From assembly GCF_964355755.1 (NCBI RefSeq), contig NC_092673.1, positions 310,001 to 374,000 on the forward strand: DNA of 64,000 nt, written 5' to 3'. Numbering within the stretch: the stretch's first letter is position 1; each line of letters begins with the position of its first letter. Positions 53,184-64,000 of this stretch are shown here, in pieces. The DNA is from Antedon mediterranea. Its lineage: Eukaryota > Animalia > Echinodermata. Position numbers and translations under genes: made by a program. The notes beneath the pieces are model-generated. The model was not told the DNA's origin, searched no databases, and saw nothing but the letters and a program-made list of their open reading frames with translations.

Positions 53184-55293
53184 TTAGATTAACATACAGT
53201 TTCAATTCATCAAAGTAATCACGGTTATTTTGTTGACGTGTGGGAACCTTACTGTAAGCCCAAGTGGTGTATCCAATGAATTGTACGAATTGACATATCA
53301 GATTTATGCGGTAATTGATAATTGGTTTGCGACTAAGTCAACCGCAAATGCGTCAAATTTGTGTAAAAGTGCAAAGCGCACTTCAAGTGGGGGACACATT
53401 CTTTCGATTGTATGTGACCCCAGCATAAACTTTAATCATGATGCAAGTGCCGCAAGGCCTTGACACTGTAGGCAGTAATCTTCTAAATAATGTTATTTAA
53501 TTTGTATATTTTATTTGATTAATGTATTAGCCATATGTATGATTAAACAATTGTTTATATACTTGAACATTTTAAAACATTTCTAAATTCAATTCGAGAA
53601 TAACAATTTTTCATTATCGTTATATTCAATCCAAAAGGTATCGCTTGCGATTCTGAAATTGTCTTAAATGAAGCAAGTCATAAATACGCAAATTGCCATA
53701 ACGTGAAGCTTGGACCACATACAGTATGCGAGAACAAATCTTCAAAATAAAATAAATTTGCGGTTTGTTTGTTATTGATCAGTGCATCACCATTATAGTG
53801 GATTGATATAATCCTGATCATGTTTGCAATAGAATCCATTTTCCCTTTTTAGTAAATTTATATTCCCTTTCCTTGGGTATTTTTTTTTTCTTATTGCTGT
53901 GGGAGTTTTGATACATTAACGTGTGGAATTGATAAATTTGAATAACATACGACAGAGACATGTATACATTTATTACCTCCCAACTGTACGCTATGAAACC
54001 TAAGAATACATTTGAAAATTAAAGAAACGTAACCCATTTAGCTAAGAGTTCAGGGTATAACTCCAATTGTAAATTTAATTTCAACTTGGGACGCAAACTT
54101 TCCAACCTTTCTTTCGGTTTTAAATTGTTTCATTTAATTTTTTTCATGGATCAAATCTGTTAAAGAATTTCCGTAATAAACATCCCCTTATTTCTTTTGT
54201 AAAGTTCATAACAAATAATAATAAATTAATACAAATGGTTGAATATAGTGTTATGACTTTTATTTTTATTGTAGACCAAAAATGAACTAAAGAAGTTTAG
54301 TAGTGAGTGATTGGTTTGGACAGCTAACTGCCGAAAACATGTAAATGGCGTTCTGGTATCAACTCGGAACACGCAAGCTGAAATCAATGTTTGAAATGGC
54401 TACCATGATTCATAGATGTTGAGTCAATCATAATTGTATTTAAAACAGAACTATTTGAAACAAGAAATACAGGAAAACGAAGCTTGTCAAAGGCACATGC
54501 TAGATGTTATTTCAACTAATCTCTTCTGAATTTCAAGAAATCTTAACCCACCTTTTTTAAAGTTCAAGCTGAGCATGATAACGCATTGCACTCGTAGGAA
54601 ACTTGTTAGCAATGAGTGAAAAGTGTTTTAACTAGATAGCATCATTAGTAAACCACCGAGCACTTCGAAACTTGCAAACTGGCCAATTAATCGGCCTAAT
54701 ACGTCTTGGTTCATTTCATTTTAAGTTTACTAATTCTTTAAAAGTCTTTAAATAAATTCTCAACATTGTAAAACTTATCCAAAAGGAAATAACTGTTAAT
54801 AAAGTTTGTATACAATCAATTTATTGGTACATTCTACCTCCAATCAAAACCTTTTAATTCGTAGTGCTTCAAATATCATAATTATGAGGTGGTATCAGTC
54901 AAGTGTAATACTTAACCCATTTCTTAAAAGGTTCAAATGAAGCACACCCCAAAAGGTTAAGTTTTTTCTACTTGTGAACAAAACTGTTACAAATATAAGG
55001 TGTATAACATGACCCATCTTTGACAATGAGGTCAATTAGAAAGGTACAACGTACAAATATATTTTTAATGGTCCTTTTATATTTGGCAGAATATAATTTG
55101 TAGACTGTGCATATAGATATATGGATAATGTACAAATAAAGCTTAAATGGACAATAAAGTATATATGACTATGACTATGACTATATGAATGTTTACCAGT
55201 GCAATAGTACTGTTCCATTGCAAGTATTAAAAACATTCAAAAAAATAAAATAAAATATAACATTTAACTACAGTAAATGTCAACCGTAGGTTA

Positions 55294-55801
55294 AAAATGG
55301 GTAGTCAATCTATCAAAATGGGTAGTCAATCTATCAAAATGGGTAGTCAATCTATCAAAATGGGTAGTCAATCTATCAAAATGGGTAGTCAATCTATCAA
55401 AATGGGTAGTCAATCTATCAAAATGGGTAGTCAATCTATCAAAATGGGTAGTCAATCTATCAAAATGGGTAGTCAATCTATCAAAATGGGTAGTCAATCT
55501 ATCAAAATGGGTAGTCAATCTATCAAAATGGGTAGTCAATCTATCAAAATGGGTAGTCAATCTATCAAAATGGGTAGTCAATCTATCAAAATGGGTAGTC
55601 AATCTATCAAAATGGGTAGTCAATCTATCAAAATGGGTAGTCAATCTATCAAAATGGGTAGTCAATCTATCAAAATGGGTAGTCAATCTATCAGAATGGG
55701 TAGTCAATCTATCAAAATGGGTAGTCAATCTATCAGAATGGGTAGTCAATCTATCAAAATGGGTAGTCAATCTATCAAAATGGGTAGTCAATCTATCAAA
55801 A
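55294..55801. repeat. 21-bp minisatellite (AAAATGGGTAGTCAATCTATC) x~24
   Basis: Near-perfect array; explains ORFs 55291 and 55297. Confidence 0.99.
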
Positions 55802-57065
55802 TTAAAAAACATTCGTTATTTGTTCTAAATTTCTATTTATCTTTTTCATGTATGGCTAAATGAGTAATTCATAATTCTTTCGTCTAATCTGTTTACTAAT
55901 GAACTTTTTTTTTTTTGGAGAAAGTCAAATAGGCTCCTCTTAAGATTTAGTAGGAGGAGCTTTCTAAATCAGTATATCCTCTAACCTACATACACAGAAG
56001 GTTCAAGAGACATTGATTAGTAGTTTATACATGCTAAAGTATACTAACACATGTTCAAATTAAATTAGAAAACTTTAATTGAATCCAAATTTTTCTTGGA
56101 AAATGTAAAAATATGCAAAATAAGCAGATACAAATTTATGGAAAAAACAGTCAGTGAACTGTGTGTTTGTGAAAATTTAAATAAAAGTACAAAATTAAAA
56201 AAATAAAAATGTTTCTCAAAGAAAACAAATTTAAAATTTTGTTTTTACAAAATGCATTGAACCCTACTGCCGAAGCAAATATTTTATCGTGACAAGTCCC
56301 ATAGCGCTAACCGACGTACGGCTACCGACCCAAACACGAGCAAAAGAAAGTTGAAAGAGGTTAATAAACGTAGACATAGGATTGTTTCTGTATCTCTTGG
56401 GGAAAACTATTAAATGCAGTGGCGTATTTGTATTTAAAAAAAAAAGAAAAACGCTAGTTTGCAAACAGGATTAACTGTATAGGCTAAATAATCATAACAT
56501 TTGTTAATGTGCTCTATCTGAACAAATATTTTACCACCTTCTTTTAATAAATTAAGGTAATTCTAAAGTTAAAAGCAGTATTTGTTTAATTTTTATAATA
56601 TAACAATTAAAAAGGTTTGTGAACATCATGATTTGCTGGCTTTTGTCAAGTTTCACTAGGTGCCATTCACTTAACACAGAACATCATCTCAACTTAATAT
56701 ACCTGTCATTTATCTCACAACTACAGCAAAATCATGTTGGCTGATACTTCCTTTAGTGGGACACCATTTTTGGACCGCTACCAGAATCCACTTACAGGGA
56801 GTTAGTCGATTTACATGATACATCAGGAAGTCGGTGAGTTGGAGATGCGATGACGCTATTTACAGAATATTACACTAACAGCGATTGCAGGCTTACATAT
56901 GCATCATAACAGTTGATATGCTGGAAAGTCTATCTGAAGGAAAGCTATAAAGTAAATAGCAAAGTAGGACACTAAAGTAACAAAGAATACTAGAGGGGGT
57001 ATACAGAAAAATATAGCAGTGGAATAAAATATCACAAAAATAAAATGATCATGATACTGTTAACA

Positions 57066-57731
57066 CAGGCCCGTATCCAGTGGGGGTGCGTTGGGTGCAG
57101 ACGCACCCCCCCCCCCCCCCAAGTCCCAAAAGGTCCACTACTTCCTCGGTTGGTATTTTTTCTTGTCTTGTTTAACTAAAGACAATATCATTATATATAT
57201 ACAAAATTTACATTATCAATGGTATACAAACAAAAATATGTTAATATAAAATGAAAAAAATACCGGTAATTAAATTACGGAATCTGAACTGACTACAAAC
57301 TCGATGTAAAACATGCGCAGTCGATCATGTGACGTCAAGCAATAGCTTAGCGCTTCATGTACGCGGTACGCTGTAAAGTGTTTGCTGGAAATACAGACAA
57401 CTGGCGATGGTAAAGACGTGTCTGGAAATACAGACACTATCGAATACGGCGCCTAAACATGGGAAGGAAGGCCAACTCAGACAGCGTCGTACGACGCTGT
57501 CTGAGTTGGCCTTTAAACATCATGAAAGCATTAAGTTCTGGTGTCCATCGTTCAACTAGCCCAAGCCACAACAAAGAGTCTTAAATCAGTCTTTAGAACG
57601 TCAAATAATGCAAATTTTGCTGGGGCCTTCGGCCCCTGGACCCTAACCGGTTCCCCTTGCCATCCCCTGGCCCCCAGCCATTGTTGCTCGCTTCGCTCAC
57701 TCCCCCATTATAAATGCTGCATACAGGCCTG
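57066..57731. mobile_element. Non-autonomous DNA transposon, hAT-like
   Basis: Termini CAGGCCCGTATCCAG / CTGCATACAGGCCTG. Flank TGTTAACA on the left and (TG)TTAACA on the right fits an 8-bp TSD overlapping the TIR end. GC-rich subterminal palindromes. Confidence 0.72.
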
Positions 57732-59277
57732 TTAACATTGCAACAATTGGTAAACGGAATACATTTTCACCAACAAAATAGGTCTACCAAGTGTAATAAT
57801 GCATACTGTAGGTAACTATGTCTTTCGATATTATGTCTATCTGAATGACAACTGGTTGTCAGGCATCTTCACAAAAATGAAATAAACCACAAATGGTAGA
57901 GAACCTGCTCAAGTGTCCAACAAGGAGGGGATGAACCAGGACAAGATTGAGGTTAAGCTGGTAAAAGGTTACACCCTGTCACTCCACGTAGAAAGCAGCG
58001 TCCCCGCAAGGGGTCAGGAGCAACCAATAAGCCTTATTTCTCACTTCCATCACAACATGTACCCTTGAGCAGATATCGATTACTTGAAACTAGGGAATGA
58101 ATTTACTATCAAATTATATTTCCTTGGAAATCCTATGTTATATTATAACATGACCTAATTCTAGAGAAAATTACTTGTGTGTCTGGCTAGGGTTGAAAAC
58201 AAGCCTCCTACAGTTAGCGTCCATGAAGTTAGCATCATGCCTGCCCACCCCTGACTCTGTCAATTGCCTAGGCCACTTTAATCTCATGTGAATTCCCAAT
58301 AGGCCAAATCTTGATAATCATGTTCAATTTGGGTAGCTGTTTAGATGATGCGAAACATACTTTACTCTTGTGAAGGATTTTAATGTTGAACGCATAACAT
58401 GACACATGTTGTTAACAGCTGATATTGACCTTTATATGACATTGCATTCTATGTTTTACATTTTTTATGACGCAATATTGGTGCCACTTAATTCAGTTTT
58501 TCATTACCTATGAGGGGTTTCCGTAGATTTAACAATTCATAGCCAAAACAAAAAGGCTTTCAGATAAGTAGATTCGGCGTGCAAAAATTGTAGCAAAAAC
58601 AATTAAATGTAACTTTAAAATATTGCCAACTTCATGAAGCTTTAAGAAGTATTGAAACTTGAATAAACTTGATATGTACACCTAAATTCTGATCACGGTG
58701 AATAAAATTAATTAATCAATAAAAGTAATTGAATTCAGAACAGTTTAAGAAAAAGTGCTGAAATCGGCAAAAAGTAAATAGTGGTATACATACACTTGTT
58801 GCCATCCTTGTCGCATATGCCTTATTGAGCATGAAAGTAATTTTATTAATTTTAGATAATAAGTTTGTATAACAATATGCATAAATTACTGTTGTTTGAA
58901 GAAAACTTGGTAAATAAATAATTCAATCATTGAACTCAAATCGGAAGAATGTTGCATACATCATGGGGTTTGAAAATTGTACTTTTATATCAAAGAAAGC
59001 TTAATGTCAAATTACTGAAAAAAATAACCTAATAAATTCTGCAATGAATAAATGATCAAATTTAATTTATATAGTTCAATACGATGATGGGTTTAATTGT
59101 AAGTATTTCATTTGTAGACAGGTGACATGCAACATCACAGATAAGCCTGTGTTGTGACAATGCAATAGGAGATATACTGTCAAATTAATGCCTTAGGAAA
59201 ACATCTACAGCTAATTATATTATTGGGCAGGGTAACGTTTGACCTACAAAAGCAGAATCTCTAATATACACTAGACA

Positions 59278-59375
59278 ACTATACTGCACTTCACAATTTA
59301 CTATACTGCACTACACAATTTACTATACTGCACTACACAATTTACTATACTGCACTACACAATTTACTATACTGT
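59278..59375. repeat. 21-bp tandem repeat (ACTATACTGCACTACACAATTT-like) x~4.5
   Basis: Direct periodicity. Confidence 0.92.
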
Positions 59376-62258
59376 ATACTGTACAAAACAGAGGCTTACT
59401 GTAATGTTTTCAGTTTTTTCCCCACATTGAAAGTTCACCTGACTAAAACAGTGTTAATTGGTCAGATGTTCTTCCTACTTTTTTTTTCCTCAGTACATTG
59501 AAACAACTTTGCTAGTAAATCAGTGGAACATTCTCTCATTATTGGAAGCTAGAAGCATTGTTGTTATTAGTTCTCATCCTCAACTGCGTTGAAAAAAAAA
59601 CACAAGGAGAATGGGAGCAGTCACTATGTTCACATATTACAATTCAATTGCTGAAATCAACATGACTATTCACTTCTATTATAGAATAGAAGTTATTGAA
59701 CGGTCATCTAAAATTGTTTACGACGTTTTCGTTTAATAAGTTTATTTTTGAAATTGTTATGTTTTATTAAGATAAAGCTGCAAATTCTAAAACAAATCTA
59801 TGATTGGTCTTTAGTAAATTTTGTTTTAAATTAATAATTATGAATTAGATAGATAAAAATATATCAATTTGAAAGTCTATTTTTAACTGCAGAAAGGGTG
59901 AACTAAAGTATCAACTTCAAAAGTACACTTGGCCGGTTTAAATAATTTGAAATAAGTACAAACTTATTGTTAGCAGCAACTTAAGAATGTGGACAACTAA
60001 TGCTTCTTGCACTATTGTTCAGTATTCATAAAGAACACAATTATAAAATGTATATGTCCTTTTAGTGAACCTTGCCAATAGTTGACTCAAAACACTAAGG
60101 GTTTCCTGTGGGTAGGGGGAGTTACTGGTACAATTTGTTGCGCATGGGGATTTACTGCATGTTATTTTGGGTTAAACGGTAATTTATAAAGCTTTTACTA
60201 TTAAGTTGGTTCCTATGTTAGGGTTACATCGGGGTTGTAAGCCATTGAACGATTAAAAGTAAACATCTATAGGAAGAGCATTTTTCAATAAAATTTGTAC
60301 TGACGTTTGCATATTAATAACCTTTTCAAATTGGTATATCCATATGTTGAAGAAATCATTTTAAAAGTAAACATTTCTGAGAAAAACTTTGTACTTTGTA
60401 ATTTGTACTGGCATTTACAGTATAGTACCATTGACAGAAATGTGTCCCAAATATGTACATTTCAATATCATCTTTTGGTAGAAAATGAATTTCTGGGAAA
60501 ATCAGGGAAGTAGTTAGGGTTATTAATAGTACTAAGTTTCAAATGAAATACTTTCTATTTTTTTTCATTTATGCAGTTGGTAGAGCAGAATTAATGAAAA
60601 TAATTATACACGGATTTGAACAAGGCCACTATAAGGACACATTTGTATAGGTCAAAATATCTGGGCTTCAGTAAGATTTTGGAAAGTACATAAATATGTT
60701 TTACAACATATGTCATGTGTTCAACGTGAAGTGGCAAATTATTGAAAGGAAATTCAATCAATTTGTTGTGATATAGCTAAATTCCTGTTTAATTTTCTCA
60801 CTCCTTTTGTCTTTTTCTAACTTTAAAAGGTCAAACTAAAGGCACGTCTAACACTAAAAGTGACCAGAGAGGGAGCTACATATTCTATGCATTTCAATCA
60901 CCATAGAATTCATCATTTTGTCGCAATGCAATGAACTGAAATTATATACTGTACTTATTCTTTTTTTTCACCTTTTAAGCAACATATCTTTTTATTAAGT
61001 TACTTGTATTCAAGTCCAAACTCATGTCAGTACATTTTATATATTATACTGCAGTTCAATATTTATAATATTTAATAATAAATAATGATAATAATCATTT
61101 TACTTTTAACAAGGAAATGATAGGTCACATCATATGCGAGCACAATAATCAAAGTTGCTCTAGGGCTAACATACATACCAGTAATTATCATTGTGTATCA
61201 ATGAAAGGAAAGTCTGTAATTTACCATATTTGCACAAAAAGAAAGGACTGTGATAGGAAGGCGATATTGATAATAAGAAATGCGTTACTGAGAAACTGAT
61301 GTAAAACATACTTTGGAAGTATCGATTAAATATTAAATTTCAGTAGTACATATGGACAATGTTCTCTATTTGTACATAAAAGTGTAAAATTGTACACTTT
61401 GTGCGACCAAGTAGCAGTAGAAATGAGTGAGAGTATGGCCTACAAATATCAATCATGGAGGGTGGATCGTGATACTATGTAACTCGCTTCTCCTTGACTT
61501 TTCCAACTCTACGAATCTGCATTTATCAAGAATAATTCATTTTATGACAAATGTCTCTGATTGAATGCAATTCCAAGTGACTAATCAGTTTCCAACAAGG
61601 GTTTGCAATAGATAGTAGAAAGTGGCGTCTAAACTGACAAGGGGCTTTCAGCGGGGGGCTCCACGATTTGGTGCATGTTTCCGGGATTTGGGAAAAGCGA
61701 GTGGCTGTAACTTTGGAATATGATCAACTGTATTACTCACTTTATCCGGCTGTAGTCGTGTTCAAATTAAAGATATTTCTAAAGAAGAAGTGTCATATAG
61801 CAAAGATATTGGGAATCAAATGTATATGCACAAAGTTAGGCTGGTTGGAATTGTAATAAGTTGTTGATGTGCAACTTTCTAAACAAAGTTAGAATACTGT
61901 GACGGTGTGAACATCAGTACGCAAACAATTGTCATTTATTTGTTCTTTTCTAGGTCAATACGTAATTAATTATTTTTTTGAAATAACTTTGGCAAAGAAC
62001 CAGAACAGTCTTTTCCTAAAATTCCGTTTTATAGTTAACAATTGTTACCTTGACAGTTCAAACCATTTGTGTTTTTGAAAAGATATTTTATATTTTTTCA
62101 CTTGAAAAAGCAACAAATAAATAAACAAATCTCAAAGATTTAATGGCCAAACTGATCACATAAAGGAATATTAATGCAATACCACTGTACGCACGTTACC
62201 AATCTTTAAAATATGTCCTACAGCATACGATTATAATCACATATTGGCCAAAAGGGAA

Positions 62259-62414
62259 TTAAGGTACACCAGCTTAAGGTACACCAGCTTAAGGTACACC
62301 AGCTTAAGGTACACCAGTTTAAGGTACACCAGCTTAAGGTACACCAGCTTAAGGTACACCAGCTTAAGGTACACCAGCTTAAGGTACACCAGCTTAAGGT
62401 ACACCAGCTTAAGG
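62259..62414. repeat. 15-bp tandem repeat (TTAAGGTACACCAGC) x~10
   Basis: Direct periodicity; explains ORFs 62237 and 62244. Confidence 0.98.
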
Positions 62415-64000
62415 CATAAGTACATTTATTCGTACTAATGTCAATAAGCCACTATCTATAAAAATCTGAAAGTAAATAAAAGCAAGGAAAATAGAGTGTG
62501 GACTGACAAGGAAGAGCATCAATAAAAATACCTGCTATAAATTGTATTACATAATTATCAAACATAAGAAGGAAATTAAGCAAATCTATAAAAGTTCAAT
62601 CTGCTAGCGGCAGTAATACTATTAAATTTAGGTTTCCTTTCTAAAGATGATATCTCTCTCTTAATGGTCAAAAGTATATACTTTAGTTGACCTCTTTAAA
62701 GCTACACTTGCTTGCTTGCATATATATATATTTTTCCATTCTATCAAAAAATGAAACTTCTATTAAAATTTTTTCTGTTTTTATAGCTTTTCTATCCAAC
62801 TGTACAATCCAATAGGTTAACTTTTATAAGACAGCAGGTTAGTGATCTAATAAAACTATAAATCAGATTGGAAGTAAAGAAAGTATGAAAATTAAGCAAT
62901 CTCTCCCAGTGAGAAATGAACGGACGGACTCTTTATGAAACTGGACAAACAGGTTTGACATGGTCAAGTATAGTAACCTTGACTCACTATCCTACCCCCA
63001 TGGCTAGGGTTCAAGTGTTTAATTAATTAATTGGACCACTTTATTGGGAAGGCCTATGGTTGGTAGTACTTTTCAACAGGTTACCTTTTAACGGATTCAC
63101 ATCCAAATTAAAGATGCTGAACAAACAAATTTGAAAGCTGTTTTAGAAGACTTAATACAAATAACAAAGAATTATAATTTTACAAGTATATTCTATTTTT
63201 AGATTTTGATATCTATTCATTTTCTTTCCAATTGAAACAAATATTTGATTGCACACCAACATATTGCTATAGAAGGTTTTCTCTAAAATATTGTCCCTTT
63301 AAATTATCCCGCTTTCTGTTAAGGTCAATTAATTCATCATAAAATGGATATTAGGATACTTTGACCGAACTGGCCATTTTCACGTACGCATTCTTTGCTG
63401 GGACAAGATGATGACTTGTCCATTAATTTGATTGGTAGGTACGATGTCACAATCTTTTGGAAACAATGTTCTTGTATCATACAACTGTTAGCACCCCACT
63501 GTATTCTACTACACTATTTATTTCGTGGTTAATGTAAATTTTACCAATTTATCAATTACTCCTAATCAAGAAATGTTGTTTATTGCACCTTTTAGCAAAT
63601 AAATGTTACCTAACTATAAATATTATTATCAAAACAGACCTATTTTTGGATTTAAGAGTAAGCAAAAATTATTGATGATTGATGATAACATTTATCTAGC
63701 ATTGACATAAAATTAAATTAAATTTAAAGAATGAGATGCAAATTCATTCAGTGTGTAGTGACTATTACCATACAATTACCTTTAAAGCATTTATTAAATT
63801 AATTTTTGAAATAAAAAAATATAGAGGTGTAGAGTCATAGTTAACCTCAATATTTTATATCCTCCCTAAGGTAAAACATAATAACACCACCATAGCACAC
63901 AGATGAAATATTTCCAGATTCCATTGAAATTTGGTTGGTGGACTTCAAGGTGATTCAATTTAGAGTAAAAATAGAATTTTGTGGATAAAAGAACCAACAG

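Noticed and set aside
55291-55863. ORFs (FDRLTTH)n and (MGSQSIK)n
   Set aside because: A 21-bp intronic tandem repeat with no synonymous variation or exon boundaries.
36843-58442. Further one-mismatch DR5 sites at 36843, 53415 and 58426
   Set aside because: Their number is about what chance predicts and they have no supporting context.
62237-62438. ORFs (LKLVY)n and (LRYTS)n
   Set aside because: 15-bp tandem repeat.
52800-64000. Penultimate ferlin exon (GKVEMTLE...GRDEPN-type)
   Set aside because: Not found on the minus strand by eye; presumably beyond the window, implying an intron over 11 kb.

Overview
AT-rich, intron-containing animal genomic DNA, probably a marine invertebrate (deuterostome is my guess; not provable from sequence alone). 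Four protein-coding loci can be rebuilt by hand from splice sites. (1) The 3' 13 exons of a mitochondrial-type glycerol-3-phosphate acyltransferase (GPAT1/GPAM-like, +, 1-8149). (2,3) A tandem pair of intact 4-exon CYP26-family (retinoic-acid hydroxylase type) P450s on the minus strand (9593-13424 and 17431-21845). (4) The terminal, tail-anchor-encoding exon of a myoferlin/dysferlin-type ferlin (-, 52416-52596), which the ORF track reads in the wrong frame. About 30 kb of non-coding DNA separates the CYP26 pair from the ferlin 3' end. The window also holds many minisatellites, which explain the repetitive ORFs, and short non-autonomous DNA transposons (two Harbinger-like MITE families, hAT-like, Crypton-like, IS3EU-like). 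Most notable: CYP26-ferlin linkage as in vertebrates but in a different orientation; a perfect 21-bp ERE/ERRE palindrome upstream of the distal CYP26; shared unusual heme-loop residues in both CYP26s; and a CpG-rich domain over the CYP26 region marked by about 21 TAGGCCTA palindromes. I found no prokaryotic-type system, CRISPR array, or rRNA/tRNA gene.
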